From an uncultured delta proteobacterium (GTDB lineage: Bacteria > Myxococcota > Myxococcia > Myxococcales > Myxococcaceae), in the NCBI GenBank assembly GCA_963776345.1, contig CAVZMH010000022.1:539415-603414 (forward strand): 64,000 bases of DNA, written 5' to 3'. Every line of letters begins with the position of its first letter. Position 1 is the first letter of the stretch. Positions 47,101 to 57,676 of the stretch are shown here, piece by piece. The notes under the pieces are model-generated. The model was not told the DNA's origin and made no database searches. It saw only the letters and a program-made list of their open reading frames with translations. The translations under genes were made by a program, and so were the position numbers.

Positions 47101-48045
47101 CTAGCGCAGGGGTTCGCCGAAGGCGCAGGCGCTCGGGTCACCCTCGGAGATCACGCCGCCGTCCGGAGCGCTCCCTCGGGCGTAGACGCGGCCGAAGCTC
47201 GCGTCCCAGCACTCCGTGACCTGGGAGCCGTCCGCCGCGTCGCCGCCCTGGACCTCGACGTCCGCCCGGCCAGCTCCGGTGGGCATCCAGCGGGAGCGAA
47301 CCTGCCCGGCCTCGAGCGACGCGGGGCTGCCAACGAGATTCGCCTGGGCGTCGAAGACGAGGCTGCCCGAGCCGTCGGCGCGCATCACCGAGGCGATCTC
47401 GGCCGTGGCCGGCGGGTCGGCAGCGGCATGCACGTCCACGAGGTGGATCTGCACCTCACGGTGGTCGGGGGCAACCGTCCATCCGGCGACGAGGTGGCCC
47501 TCGCCGGGATTGGCGACCGGGTCGAGCTGGTGGGCGAGGTCCAGGTCGACGGAGAAGGACCCCTGGCTCGGTCCGCCGGGCGCCGCGCCGGTCGAGGCGC
47601 CCTGGAGGAAGGTCTGGAAGTCCGCGTCGCCGCCCGACTTCGGGCGCAGGTCGAGCCGGAAGGTGTGAGCGCCGGGACCGACCCGGACGACGACCAGGCG
47701 CCCGGCCACCGGCGACAGCGCGTCGGTCAAGGGTCCCCAGGCGGCGGAGTCCGGCCCGACCGCGGCGGGAGGAGTCCGGGCGATGGCACCGAGCGTGTCG
47801 AGTGCGCCTCCGACGGCTCCGTTCACCTGTTCGGTCATCTGCCTGGTGAGGACGTAGAGGCTGGCGGTCTCACCGAGCAGCGCCGGAGAGCGCGCGCCGA
47901 GCGCAGCTGGTGCGTGACCGCTGGGGGCGGTGACCTCGAGCGTCTGCCGGGAGGGAAGTCCGGTCAGAAACGACTCGGTCGATCCAGTCCCGCCGCCGCA
48001 ACCCACGGCACAGACGAACAACGCGAACCACGGACGTCGCGACAT
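47101..48045 (-). CDS. Hypothetical lipoprotein
   Basis: Lipobox AVGC; RSRW..TGAGRAD, ECWD; lies 21 bp upstream of the ECF sigma gene. Confidence 0.75.
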   Translation of the reverse strand: MSRRPWFALFVCAVGCGGGTGSTESFLTGLPSRQTLEVTAPSGHAPAALGARSPALLGETASLYVLTRQMTEQVNGAVGGALDTLGAIARTPPAAVGPDSAAWGPLTDALSPVAGRLVVVRVGPGAHTFRLDLRPKSGGDADFQTFLQGASTGAAPGGPSQGSFSVDLDLAHQLDPVANPGEGHLVAGWTVAPDHREVQIHLVDVHAAADPPATAEIASVMRADGSGSLVFDAQANLVGSPASLEAGQVRSRWMPTGAGRADVEVQGGDAADGSQVTECWDASFGRVYARGSAPDGGVISEGDPSACAFGEPLR

Positions 48046-48130
48046 GAAACCCTCCGGAGCATGCTGGGCGTCGTGCCCGGAGTGTTGGTCGCTCGACGTG
48101 CCCGGCCATATGACCGGCGCCCCGCCGCCC

Positions 48131-50344
48131 TCAGGACCAGGAGAGGTCGTGCCGGGACAGAGGGAGCGAGCGCACCCGCTTGCCGGTCGCGGCGAAGATC
48201 GCGTTGCGCACCGCCGGGATGACCGGCGGCAACGCGGGCTCGCCCAGCCCGGTGGGCGGGAAGTCCGTCTTGCGGAAGTGGACCTCCACCGGGACCGCCT
48301 GGTGGATGCGCAGGAGCGGGTACTCGTGGAAGTTGCCCTGCTTGGTCCGGCCGCCCTCGAGGGTGATCTCCTGTCCCAGCGCCTCGGAGATCCCGTCGAG
48401 CACCGCGCCCTGCACCTGGTTCTCGGCGTTGCTGGGGTTGATGATGGTGCTCCCGACGTCGCCCGCGACCCAGACCTTCTCGATCCGGAGCTCGCCCTTC
48501 TGGGAGACCGCGACCCGCGCCACCTCGGCGAAGTGTCCGCGGTGGCTGAAGTAGAAGCCGACCCCCATCCCGGTGCCGCGGGGGAGGCGCTGCTTCCCCC
48601 AGCCGGACTTCTCCGCCACCAGCTCGAGCACGCCGAGCATGCGCTCCGGGTTCATCACCGGGGGCATCGTCGCGCCGGGAGCCGTTCCCGGCGGCGGCTG
48701 CGGCGCGGACGGCTTCACCGAGAGCAGCGCGCGGCGGAACTCCAGCGGGTCCTTGCCGGCCGCGTGCGCCAGCTCGTCGAGGAAGCTCTGGAACGCGAAG
48801 CAGATCGCGTTGCTCCGCGGGGCCCGGAGCGCCCCGGTCGGAACACCCAGCGGCATCACCGAGGCATCCAGCGCGACGTTCGAGAGGAAGCGGGCGGGAA
48901 ACTCCGCGTCCGACATGTTCGCGGAAGGAGCGAACTTGTCGGCGGTCCCGAAGGTGATGAAGTGGTCGCGGAAGCAGGTCAGCGTCCCGCCGGCGTCGAG
49001 GCCGGCGGAGAAGAAGTGGTACCCCCCGGGCCGGTAGAAGTCGTGCTGGAGGTCATCCTCCCGGGTCCAGAGGAGCTTCACCGGGACGCCGGCCTCGCGG
49101 GCGATCCACGCCGCCTCGACCAGGTAATCGTTCTGGAGGCGCCGTCCGAACCCGCCGCCGGCGCGGATGAGGTGGATGGTGATCGCCTCTTCCTTGAGGC
49201 CCAGGGTCTTGGCCGCCAGCTCGCGTCCGTCCTCGGGCGTCTGGGTCGGCGCCCAGAGCTCGAGCTTGCCGTCCGCGAAGTGAGCGGTGCAGTTCTGCGG
49301 CTCGAGCGAGGCGTGGGCGATGAACGGGTACGCGTACTCCGCGGTGACCACCCGCGCCGCGCCCGCCAGGGCCGCCTTCGCGTCGCCGTCCTTGCGGAGC
49401 GAGCGGTGCGGAGGCTCCTTGGCCAGCTCCTTGGCTCGGGCATCGAACACGGTGGTTCCCTGCCGGGCGGTCTCCCCCTCGTCCCAGGTGATCTTCAGCG
49501 CGCGCCGGGCGGACTGCGCCTGCCAGAAGCTGTCGGCGACGATGGCCACGCCGCCGAGCAGCCCGTGGAGATCGGCGCCCCCCTCGACCACGAAGGCCTT
49601 GAAGACGCCGGGCATGGCGCGGATCTCGTCGAGGTTGGCCGACTTCACCTTGCCGGCGAAGACCGGGCACTTGACGAAGGTGGCGTGGCGCATCCCCGGC
49701 ACGGTCACGTCGATGCCGAAGATCGGCTTGCCGGTGACGATGGCGCGGTTGTCGACCCCGGGGACGGAGGTGCCGATGATGGTGAACTCCGAGGGGTCCT
49801 TGAGCTTGACCGAGGCGAGGTCGGGCGGCGGCAGCGCAGCGGCGGCGGTGGCGAGCGCTCCGTAGCCGAGAGAGCGACCACTCTTCTTGTGGAGCACCTT
49901 CCCCTTCGCGGTGGTGCACTCGGCCGGGGGCACCTTCCACTTCTTGGCCGCGGCAGTGACCAGCATCGAGCGGCCGGCGGCGCCCACCTGGCGCATCGGC
50001 AGCCAGTTGATCGGCGTGGCCATGCTTCCGCCCGCCCACTGATCCTTGAAGCGGGTGGTGTCCAGCGGCATCTGCTCGACCCGCACCCGCTTCCACTCCA
50101 CGTCGAGCTCGTCGGCGATCAGCATCGGGAGCATGGTCTTCACGCCCTGGCCGATCTCCGGGTTCTTGGCGGCGATGGTCACCGTCCCGTCGGGGTGGAT
50201 GCGGACGAAGGCGTTGAGGGCCGGGTCCTCCGCCGGACGGCCCGCGGGGGCCGCCTCGAGCGGGTCCCAGAAGCTGGAGAGGAGGAGGCCACCGCCGGCG
50301 ACGGCCGAGGCCTGGAGGAAGGAGCGTCGTGTGAGCTCGCTCAT
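48131..50344 (-). CDS. Xanthine dehydrogenase family molybdopterin-binding subunit (IorB-like), Tat-exported
   Basis: TRRSFLQ Tat motif; [29 protein letters not shown] at 50344. Confidence 0.93.
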   Translation of the reverse strand: MSELTRRSFLQASAVAGGGLLLSSFWDPLEAAPAGRPAEDPALNAFVRIHPDGTVTIAAKNPEIGQGVKTMLPMLIADELDVEWKRVRVEQMPLDTTRFKDQWAGGSMATPINWLPMRQVGAAGRSMLVTAAAKKWKVPPAECTTAKGKVLHKKSGRSLGYGALATAAAALPPPDLASVKLKDPSEFTIIGTSVPGVDNRAIVTGKPIFGIDVTVPGMRHATFVKCPVFAGKVKSANLDEIRAMPGVFKAFVVEGGADLHGLLGGVAIVADSFWQAQSARRALKITWDEGETARQGTTVFDARAKELAKEPPHRSLRKDGDAKAALAGAARVVTAEYAYPFIAHASLEPQNCTAHFADGKLELWAPTQTPEDGRELAAKTLGLKEEAITIHLIRAGGGFGRRLQNDYLVEAAWIAREAGVPVKLLWTREDDLQHDFYRPGGYHFFSAGLDAGGTLTCFRDHFITFGTADKFAPSANMSDAEFPARFLSNVALDASVMPLGVPTGALRAPRSNAICFAFQSFLDELAHAAGKDPLEFRRALLSVKPSAPQPPPGTAPGATMPPVMNPERMLGVLELVAEKSGWGKQRLPRGTGMGVGFYFSHRGHFAEVARVAVSQKGELRIEKVWVAGDVGSTIINPSNAENQVQGAVLDGISEALGQEITLEGGRTKQGNFHEYPLLRIHQAVPVEVHFRKTDFPPTGLGEPALPPVIPAVRNAIFAATGKRVRSLPLSRHDLSWS

Positions 50345-50832
50345 CGCCCGCTCCCGGTCGCCCCGGCGGCGGTGGTCTTCCCCAGCTCGGCGGCGCGGTG
50401 AATCGCCCGTCGGATGCGGAGGTAGGTGGCGCAGCGGCAGAGATTGCCGCCCATCGCGGTGTCGATCTCGGCATCGCTCGGGTTCGGCGTCTTCGCCAGC
50501 AGCGCGGCCGCCGACATCAGCTGGCCCGCCTGGCAGTACCCGCACTGGGGGACGTCGAGCTCTTCCCAGGCCCGCTGGAGGGCGTGGGTCCCGTCGGGCG
50601 ACAGCCCCTCGATGGTGGTGATCGCCGCGTTCCCCACCTGCGACAGCGGGGTGACGCAGGAGCGGCGCGCGACCCCGTCGACCAGCACGGTGCATGACCC
50701 GCACTGGGCGATGCCGCAGCCGTACTTGGTCCCCTTGAGGTCCAGTCCGTCCCGTAGCGCCCAGAGGAGCGGCAGGTCTTCTGGACCATCGACCTCCCGC
50801 GTCTGTCCGTTGACCTTGAGCTTGAACTTCAT
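50341..50832 (-). CDS. (2Fe-2S)-binding subunit (IorA-like)
   Basis: [28 protein letters not shown] at 50832. Confidence 0.94.
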   Translation of the reverse strand: MKFKLKVNGQTREVDGPEDLPLLWALRDGLDLKGTKYGCGIAQCGSCTVLVDGVARRSCVTPLSQVGNAAITTIEGLSPDGTHALQRAWEELDVPQCGYCQAGQLMSAAALLAKTPNPSDAEIDTAMGGNLCRCATYLRIRRAIHRAAELGKTTAAGATGSGR

Positions 50833-51018
50833 CGTCGAACCCTCGCCGGAAGGACCGGTGACGTTCTCATCCCGGCCTGGCGCGAAGGCAAGCGGGGGAG
50901 GCCGGAAGCAGGGAGCGGCGCCCCACCCGGTGCGGTGATTCACCGATGCTGGTCGCTCCAGGAGTCCCTGCTGGGTAGAGTCGCGCTCGAGCAAGGAGCC
51001 ATTCGAGAGGAGGCGCTC

Positions 51019-51285
51019 ATGCGCCTGTCCGAGGCATTCAACCACTCGAAATTCTCACGTTTCATCAACAGCCCGGCGGGACGCGCCTTTCGTCTGGCCG
51101 CCGGGGCGGGATTTCTCGTCGCAGGCTTCCTACTTCGAAGCCAGGCGCTCGGCTGGGCGGCCCTTGCCTGGTCCCTGCTCCCGCTGAGCGCGGGCGCGTT
51201 CGACGTCTGTTACATCAGCGGGGCGCTCGGGGGGCCGCTGTCGGGAGCGAAGATCCGCGCAACGCAACGCGCGGCGGTCCCGTGA
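51019..51285 (+). CDS. Small membrane protein (YgaP/DUF2892-like)
   Basis: [19 protein letters not shown], two TMs, AGAFDVC. Confidence 0.7.
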   Translation: MRLSEAFNHSKFSRFINSPAGRAFRLAAGAGFLVAGFLLRSQALGWAALAWSLLPLSAGAFDVCYISGALGGPLSGAKIRATQRAAVP

Positions 51286-51375
51286 ATCCCCGCTGGAGAT
51301 CGACGACCACGTCACCTCGGTGTGGATACCAGCCGAGGATGTTACGAAAACGGCCCCTCGATAGACGGTGACTGG

Positions 51376-52014
51376 ATGCGCACCAACCCTTTCAGCGAAG
51401 CGCTGCAGTTCCTCTTCGAGGCGAAGTGGACCACCGTCGTCTTCTGGATCCTCCTCCTCGCCAGCCTCGCCGTCGCTGCGCGGAACTGGAAGCGCGACCG
51501 CACCCAGCGGACGTTCCCGCACCTCTGGACCTTCGGCGCCCGGCTCCTCCTCGGCGCCATGTGGTGGCAGCAGTCCCTGTGGAAGATTCCCCCGACGTAC
51601 ACCGATCGAGCCGACGGGACCGGTGGGCTGCGTTACTGGATCGGCGAGATGGTCAGGTACGCGGCGGTCCCCGGCCAGTCGCACTTCGTGAAGGACGTCG
51701 TGCTCCCGAACTTCGGCTTCTTCGCCCCGCAGGTCTACCTGGGCGAGGTCTTCGTCGCCGTCTCCCTCATGCTGGGAGTCTTCACCCGGCTGGGCGGAAC
51801 GGTGGGCGCGATCATGGCGGCCAACCTGTGGCTCGGGCTCTACCGTTCCCCCGCCGAATGGCCCTGGACCTACTTCTTCCTCCTGGTCCTGAACGGGACC
51901 TTCGCCGTCTACCGCGCCGGGCGCTTCCTGGGTGTGGACGCCTTGCTCGCCGCTCGCTCCTCGGAGGCGAGCCGGCGCAGCCTGACTGGACGGATCCTGG
52001 AGCTGATCAGCTGA
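51376..52014 (+). CDS. DoxX/DoxD-like membrane protein
   Basis: RLLLGAMWWQQSLWKIPP, E..VAVSLMLG.FTR, EWPWTY. Confidence 0.8.
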   Translation: MRTNPFSEALQFLFEAKWTTVVFWILLLASLAVAARNWKRDRTQRTFPHLWTFGARLLLGAMWWQQSLWKIPPTYTDRADGTGGLRYWIGEMVRYAAVPGQSHFVKDVVLPNFGFFAPQVYLGEVFVAVSLMLGVFTRLGGTVGAIMAANLWLGLYRSPAEWPWTYFFLLVLNGTFAVYRAGRFLGVDALLAARSSEASRRSLTGRILELIS

Positions 52015-52723
52015 TCGATCCGCGTGCGGTCGCCGGACGCCGGTCGAGCGCGCCGCGGGCCAGCGTCCAGAGGATCCGGGCGCTCGCCTTGACGGTCGCG
52101 ACCAGATCGCCCGAGACCTTCGACGTCCCACCCGTGCGACGGCGGTGCGGGACCGGGACCTCCAGGATGCGGAGCCCGGCCCGGGCGGCCTTCATCTGCA
52201 TCTCCAGATTCCAGCCGTAGGTCTCCTCGCGCATCTCGAGACGGAGGAGCGCGTCCCGGCGGATGGCGCGGAAGGGGCACATGTCCGTGAAGCGGACGCC
52301 GTAGAGGAGGCGGAGGCTCGTGCCTGCCAGCGCGCCGGCAACGAGCTGCGCGCGGTTCATGCTGCCCGGCTCGCGGTCTCCCCGGATCCTCGAGCCGATC
52401 ACGAAGTCGTGAGTGCCCGCCTCCAGCGGCGCGAGCAGCCGGTCCATGACCTCGGGACGATCCGAGCCGTCGCCGTCGAGGAAGACCAGGACGTCGCTCA
52501 TGGGCGACGCGGCGTCCACCCCGGCCCTGCAGGCGCGGCCGTAGCCCCGCAGCGGCTGGCTCACCACCCGCGCTCCGGCCTCTCGGGCGCGCGTCGCGGT
52601 GCCGTCCGTCGATCCGTTGTCCACCACGATGACCTCGGACACCAGCGCTGCGGGGATCGAGCGCACCACCGCGGCGATGGAGGCCTCCTCGTCGAGCGCG
52701 GGGATGACGGCGGTGACGCGCAC
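52007..52723 (-). CDS. GT2 glycosyltransferase (DPM1-like polyprenol-phosphate glycosyltransferase)
   Basis: IPALDEE, VDNGSTD, FLDGDGS, IGSR, LEVPV..RRR..G.SK. Confidence 0.9.
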   Translation of the reverse strand: MRVTAVIPALDEEASIAAVVRSIPAALVSEVIVVDNGSTDGTATRAREAGARVVSQPLRGYGRACRAGVDAASPMSDVLVFLDGDGSDRPEVMDRLLAPLEAGTHDFVIGSRIRGDREPGSMNRAQLVAGALAGTSLRLLYGVRFTDMCPFRAIRRDALLRLEMREETYGWNLEMQMKAARAGLRILEVPVPHRRRTGGTSKVSGDLVATVKASARILWTLARGALDRRPATARGSIS

Positions 52724-52729
52724 GGGCGC

Positions 52730-53782
52730 TCAGAGGCTCCAGCGCAGCCCGCAGCTCGCGCAGGCGTCGGGCGGGTGATCGCCGACCAGCGCCTCCCGGA
52801 ACGCCTGGTAGCGGGCGCCGTTCCAGATCTCGCGCAGCGTCTCCTGCGTCGCGTCGCCCAGGGTGAAGCTCTGGTAGCCGCGCATGGAGAACGGGGCGAT
52901 GCAGCAGGGCAGGGCGCGCCCGGTGGCGGTGAAGTACATCAGCGTCCAGGGCCGCCGGCACAGCGACCACGGCCGGGCACCGGCTTGCCTCTGGACGCTG
53001 ACCTCGGGCTCCACCGCCCCGGAGGCGTTGAAGGTCACGCCCAGCGCGCGGGCGGCCTCGGTCGCCGCCTCGAGGACCCCCCGCTCCGCGGCGTCGAGGT
53101 TCTCGAACAGCGCCGACTCGGGGCGCCCCAGGCCCTGACCGCCGGGGAAGTAGACCAGCCGCTGCAGGTGGACCTCGGGGACTCCCAGGTCGTGCGCGAG
53201 CTGGATGAAGGAGGGGAGCTCCGTCAGGGTCTCCTTGAGCCCGGTGAGCCAGAGCGACACCCGGGGGAGCGTCGTCCCGAGCTCCCGCTGCAGGGCGACG
53301 AAGGCGCGGACGTTGGCCACGATGCGGTCGAAGGCGTCGACGCCCCGGACCGCCTGGAACGCCTCGGGGTGCGCCGCATCCAGCGAGACCCGCAGCTCGT
53401 CGAGGCCGGCGTCGATCAGCGCCTGCCCGCGCGCCCGGTCGAGCAGGACCCCGTTGGTGTTGAACAGCACGTGCACGCCGCGGTCCTTGAGGTGGCGCAC
53501 CATCCGCGGCAGGTCGCGGACCATCAGCGGCTCTCCCACGCCGTGGAGCACGGCGCGTCGCAGGTCGGGCACCTGCTCGACGATGCGGGTGAAGAGCTCC
53601 CAGCTCATGTCCGCCGGGGGCTCGAGGGTCTCGAACGTCCGCGGGCAGGTGGTGCAGAGGAGGTTACAGCGGTTGGTGACCTCGAGGTACAGGCAGACCG
53701 GCGGCCGGTCCACGACCGGGGAGAGCTCGCCGGCGGCGTCGAAGTACCGCCCGGGGTCGATCGCTGGCGCTCCGGTCGACAT
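52730..53782 (-). CDS. Radical SAM/SPASM-twitch domain protein
   Basis: CNLLCTTC, HGVGEP, NTNG, VSLD; C-terminal CRRPW...PCC...CASC. Confidence 0.92.
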   Translation of the reverse strand: MSTGAPAIDPGRYFDAAGELSPVVDRPPVCLYLEVTNRCNLLCTTCPRTFETLEPPADMSWELFTRIVEQVPDLRRAVLHGVGEPLMVRDLPRMVRHLKDRGVHVLFNTNGVLLDRARGQALIDAGLDELRVSLDAAHPEAFQAVRGVDAFDRIVANVRAFVALQRELGTTLPRVSLWLTGLKETLTELPSFIQLAHDLGVPEVHLQRLVYFPGGQGLGRPESALFENLDAAERGVLEAATEAARALGVTFNASGAVEPEVSVQRQAGARPWSLCRRPWTLMYFTATGRALPCCIAPFSMRGYQSFTLGDATQETLREIWNGARYQAFREALVGDHPPDACASCGLRWSL

Positions 53783-53788
53783 GCGCTC

Positions 53789-55093
53789 CTAGGGGTGACC
53801 GCCGAGCTCGAGACCGGCGCGCCGGTGGTCCCGCGCCCACAGTACAAGGAACAGCGCCAGCGCCGGAAGGTAGACCCCCGCGTTCGACCAGAGCCTCGTC
53901 CCCGGAGTGTCCCAGAGCAACGAGATGTAGAGGACGAAGGCGGTGGCCCCGAGCAGCAGCGCCGGGAGGCAGCGGGTGAGCGCGGCCAGCGGAAGCAGCC
54001 AGACGAAGTACCACGCGTAGTGGGGCGAGACGGCGACCACCGCGCCGAGACCGAGGACGAGGCAGGCGCGCGCGTGGCCTCGCTCCGTACCGTGCCGGAC
54101 GGCCCAGACCGCGAGCCCGACGAGGAGCAGGCCGGCCGGGACGAGATACAGAGCGGGTGGCAGCGGGGTCCCGATGAGCGCCTCGGCGATCTGGAGCAGG
54201 AAGTACGGCGAGCCGCTCAGGAGGCCCTCCTCGCGGGCGTAGCCGGGGAGGAAGCCGAGAACGCCCGCACCGACGCTCGCGTAGGGCAGGTAGCCGAGTG
54301 CGACCGTCGCGGCGAATGCCACGGGCATCCGCCAGTCCCTCGGACGCCAGAGGGCCGGGAAGAGGACCAGGGGATAGAGCTTGAAGAGCGTGGCGATCGC
54401 CAGTGCCAGCCCGGTCAGGGCAGCCTTGCCGCGTGATCGAGCGAGGAGTGCGGCGAGGATGAAGGCGATGGGGGCCGCGTCGAGGTGGCCGCTCCCGGCG
54501 AGCTCCCAGAGCGCGAGCGGGTGCCAGGCGTAGAGCAGCACCTCGCCGTCGGGGCGTCCGGCCGCGCGCAGCAGACGCAGGAGGAGCCAGATCGCCAACG
54601 CCTCGAAGGCGAGGATGGACGCCTTCATCCACGGGACCGACTCGGAGATGCGTGTCGTCGCGAGGAAGAAGGCCTGCGCCCCCGGCGGATAGATGGTGAC
54701 CGCGTAGCCGCGCCGGTTGATGTGCGGGTAGATCCGCTCGTCGCGCAGGGCTTCGAGCTCGGGGGCGGCGGGGATGTGGCGGTAGGGGTTGATCCCCGCG
54801 GCCTGCACCCGTCCATCCCAGACGTACCGATAGACGTCCGTCGACAGGAACGGCGGAGAGAGGAGCAGCGGCAGGCGGAGCAGCAAGGCGACCGCGAGGA
54901 CGAGCCCCAGCGGGGACGGGTGGCCCGAGGAGACCCACCACACCGCGACGAAGTAGACGGCCCCCTGGGCGAGGGCGACGGCGATGAACCAGGGGACCGC
55001 GTCGTGCTCGAGGAACCGGAGCCCCGCGAGCTCGAGCACGAGGAGCACGACTGCGGGCGCCAGCAGGGCTGCGCGTCGGGTGTGCACGGTCAC
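53789..55093 (-). CDS. GT87/DUF2029-like GT-C membrane glycosyltransferase
   Basis: LSTDVYRYVWDG...GINPY, TIYPP, YAWHPL..WE...SGHLD, KLYP, PHYAWY. Confidence 0.85.
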   Translation of the reverse strand: MTVHTRRAALLAPAVVLLVLELAGLRFLEHDAVPWFIAVALAQGAVYFVAVWWVSSGHPSPLGLVLAVALLLRLPLLLSPPFLSTDVYRYVWDGRVQAAGINPYRHIPAAPELEALRDERIYPHINRRGYAVTIYPPGAQAFFLATTRISESVPWMKASILAFEALAIWLLLRLLRAAGRPDGEVLLYAWHPLALWELAGSGHLDAAPIAFILAALLARSRGKAALTGLALAIATLFKLYPLVLFPALWRPRDWRMPVAFAATVALGYLPYASVGAGVLGFLPGYAREEGLLSGSPYFLLQIAEALIGTPLPPALYLVPAGLLLVGLAVWAVRHGTERGHARACLVLGLGAVVAVSPHYAWYFVWLLPLAALTRCLPALLLGATAFVLYISLLWDTPGTRLWSNAGVYLPALALFLVLWARDHRRAGLELGGHP

Positions 55094-55821
55094 TCGAGGA
55101 GGTCGACGACCGCCAGCAGCGACTCGAGCAGTGCGCGGGACGCCGCACCGCCGTCGGCCTCGTGCCCGGGCGAGAACAGCTCGCGCCGGAGGGCCCGCAG
55201 CGAGTGCACGTCGTCCACGTCGTACCACTCGGGCAAGAGCGAGACCTCGAGCGACTCCTCGCGCGCCCGCTCGAGGGTCGAGCCGAGCACGGTCGAGGTG
55301 CTCCAGGCGATGTCCTCGAAGACGCGCCGGTGGGGACGCTTGAGCCCGATGAGGTAGTAGCCACCGTCGGCGGCGGGACCGAGGACCAGGCGATCTCCGG
55401 GAGCCTGCAGCGCCCGCGCCGCCTCGGCCAGCAGCGCCGGCGGAAGCGTGGGGCTGTCCGAGTTGACGAGGCACACCGAGTGAAATCCTGAACCGAGCAG
55501 GTCCTCGGTGGCGTTCCGCAGTCGCTCGCCGAGATCGGAGCCCCGCTGCGGGACGAGGCCGAAGTCCTCCGGAAGGAGACCGGCGAGGCCCTGCGCGGCG
55601 CCCTCGGGAGCATAGACGGCGAACCCGTGGATCTCGGGCCGTGCGCGGGCGGCCCGGGCGATGGCCGCGCCCACGTCCTGGATGAAGCACTCGCTGAGGC
55701 GGCTGGCCTGCTGGTGGCTGAGCGGCGGCACCAGGCGCGTCTTGACCTCTCCGCTCCGCGGGACCTTGGCCATGATGCCCATGGCGCACGCGCCGCTCGT
55801 CGGCGAGCGGATCAGGCGCAC
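55090..55821 (-). CDS. TIGR04282/DUF2064-type (CofC-like) transferase
   Basis: MAKVPRSGEVKTRL, QRGSDLGERL, SDSPTLP, GPAADGGYYLIGL, IAWST, WYDVD. Confidence 0.88.
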   Translation of the reverse strand: MRLIRSPTSGACAMGIMAKVPRSGEVKTRLVPPLSHQQASRLSECFIQDVGAAIARAARARPEIHGFAVYAPEGAAQGLAGLLPEDFGLVPQRGSDLGERLRNATEDLLGSGFHSVCLVNSDSPTLPPALLAEAARALQAPGDRLVLGPAADGGYYLIGLKRPHRRVFEDIAWSTSTVLGSTLERAREESLEVSLLPEWYDVDDVHSLRALRRELFSPGHEADGGAASRALLESLLAVVDLLE

Positions 55822-56843
55822 CGGAACACGCTGGCCAGCGCCGTGGCGAAGCGCCGCTCGTCCTCGAAGGCGAGCTGGACCGCCTGGATGGCCTCGGAGA
55901 GGGGGAAGCGCCGCGAGGTGACGAAGAAGTCGTCATCGGTCGCGCCCACCGGGTGCCAGTAGATGCCGGAGGCGGTGAGGGTCACCTCCGGCACGAGGTC
56001 CGCCCGCGAGAGCGCCACGCCCTCGTCGGCGAAGCCGCGGAGCGCGACCCGCCGCAGGACGCAATCCTGCTCGGGGATTCCTTCCCGCAGCACGAAGGCC
56101 CGGAACTCCTCCTCGGCGCGCGCATCGGAGACCGTCGAGGCGAGGCGGACCCGGAACCCTTCCTCGCGCGCGGCGGCGATGCCGGCCCGGGCCTTCTCCC
56201 AGGTGCCCTGGCCCCGGTGCTGGTCGTGGAGCGCGGAGGTGGGGCTGTCGAGGCTGATCTGGAAGACGATGCGGTCGCGCGGGAGCTCGCGCAGCGTCAG
56301 CCGGCGCTTGCCGGCGAAGAGGAGCCCGTTGGTGAGGACGGTGGTGGGCAGGGCGCCTGCGCAGGCCAGCAGCACCTCGGCGATGTCCTGGCGGAGGAAC
56401 GGCTCGCCGCCGGTGACGAGGAGCTCCCGGACGCCGGCTGGAGGCGCCTCCCGGGCGGCCCGCTGGACGTCCTCGAGGGAGAGCGTTCTGGGCTCCGCCC
56501 TGGGCGAGGAGCGCACGCAGCAGTAGTCGCAGGCGAGGTTGCAGTCGAAGTTGGTGTACAGCCAGAGCCGCGATCCGACCGCCGGCGCCTCGTCGTACGA
56601 GCGGGGTGCGCCCTTGCGGACGAGGTACCGCGTGGTCTCGCTCCCCGGCGTCATCTCGACGAGGGTGTTCCCGGTGAAGCGCGCCCAGCGCTCGAGGTCC
56701 TGCTGGAGCTCCGCGGGACCGTGCAGGGCGAGCAGCTCCCCGTCGGCGAGCTCGCGGAGCGCGGCGACCAGCTCGTTCAGCAGGCCGGTCGCGAAGCTCG
56801 GCGCCTCCGGGTGAAGATCGAGCGTGGGGCGCAGGGAGCCCAT
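55812..56843 (-). CDS. Rv1681(MoeX)-like radical SAM protein with TusA-like N-terminal domain
   Basis: LWLYTNFDCNLACDYCC, TGGEPF, LTNG, QISLDS; N-terminal DLERWARFTGN...YLVRKG. Confidence 0.85.
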   Translation of the reverse strand: MGSLRPTLDLHPEAPSFATGLLNELVAALRELADGELLALHGPAELQQDLERWARFTGNTLVEMTPGSETTRYLVRKGAPRSYDEAPAVGSRLWLYTNFDCNLACDYCCVRSSPRAEPRTLSLEDVQRAAREAPPAGVRELLVTGGEPFLRQDIAEVLLACAGALPTTVLTNGLLFAGKRRLTLRELPRDRIVFQISLDSPTSALHDQHRGQGTWEKARAGIAAAREEGFRVRLASTVSDARAEEEFRAFVLREGIPEQDCVLRRVALRGFADEGVALSRADLVPEVTLTASGIYWHPVGATDDDFFVTSRRFPLSEAIQAVQLAFEDERRFATALASVFRCA

Positions 56844-57665
56844 TCAGCTCCTCGGGGCGAAGAACCCCTGGCGGAGCGCGGCGTCCCGGAGCGAGGCGTA
56901 GCCCTCGGCGTGGGGCGCGACCCATTCCTTGAGCCCCTCGGCCTCGAGGATCGGCCGGAGCCGCGGCTCGTGGTTCATCTTGAAGAGCGCATCGGTGAAG
57001 CGAGCCGCGTCCTCGGCGGGCAGTCCGACGCGGGCGGTGAACATGCAGTGGTGGTAGTGGGGAGAGGACCAGATGGGCTCGACGGCGCCTGCGGGGACGA
57101 GGTTGCCCGCGAGGACGCCCGCCCAGAATGGGCTGCCCACCGCGCCGGCGTCGGCCTCGCCGTTGAGGACGGCCCTGAGGACGTCCACCTCGCTCGTCCC
57201 GGTGTCGCCGTGCTTCCCGAGGTCGGTGTTGAAGCGAACGGACTGGTAGTCGCGTCCCTCCACCAGGCCTGCCTCGGCGAGGAAGTGCACCGGGAGAATG
57301 GCGGCGTGGCCGCTATCGCGGCTCCCGAGCGCGAGGCGCTTTCCGCGGAGGTCCGAGAGCTGCCGCACCGGGCCTCCCTTGCGGGCGACGATCTCCGTCC
57401 ACCACTCGAGATCCGTGTCCCGCATCGCGAGCGGCCGGCACCGTCCGTGACTCAGGTGCTCGGACTGGAGGTAGGCGAGGTTGGTGTTCCAGGCGATGTC
57501 GATCCGTCCGGCGAGGAGCGCGGCGACCTGCGCCTCGTAGCTGAGGTACAGCACCACCTCGACCGGAACCTTCGCCTCCTCGCGGAAGTACGTCCGGAGG
57601 CCCTCCCAGATCCCGACGACCTTGGGATCGTACGCCACGGCGCCGACGGTGATGGTCTCGAGCAT
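56844..57665 (-). CDS. PhnD/SsuA-like substrate-binding-fold protein (Rv1680-like), no signal peptide
   Basis: VGAVAYDPKVVGIWEG, IDIAWNTNLAY, LALGSRDSGHAAILP, GKHGDTGTSE, YHHCMF; ATG at 57665. Confidence 0.85.
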   Translation of the reverse strand: MLETITVGAVAYDPKVVGIWEGLRTYFREEAKVPVEVVLYLSYEAQVAALLAGRIDIAWNTNLAYLQSEHLSHGRCRPLAMRDTDLEWWTEIVARKGGPVRQLSDLRGKRLALGSRDSGHAAILPVHFLAEAGLVEGRDYQSVRFNTDLGKHGDTGTSEVDVLRAVLNGEADAGAVGSPFWAGVLAGNLVPAGAVEPIWSSPHYHHCMFTARVGLPAEDAARFTDALFKMNHEPRLRPILEAEGLKEWVAPHAEGYASLRDAALRQGFFAPRS

Positions 57666-57676
57666 GGAGGAACTCG

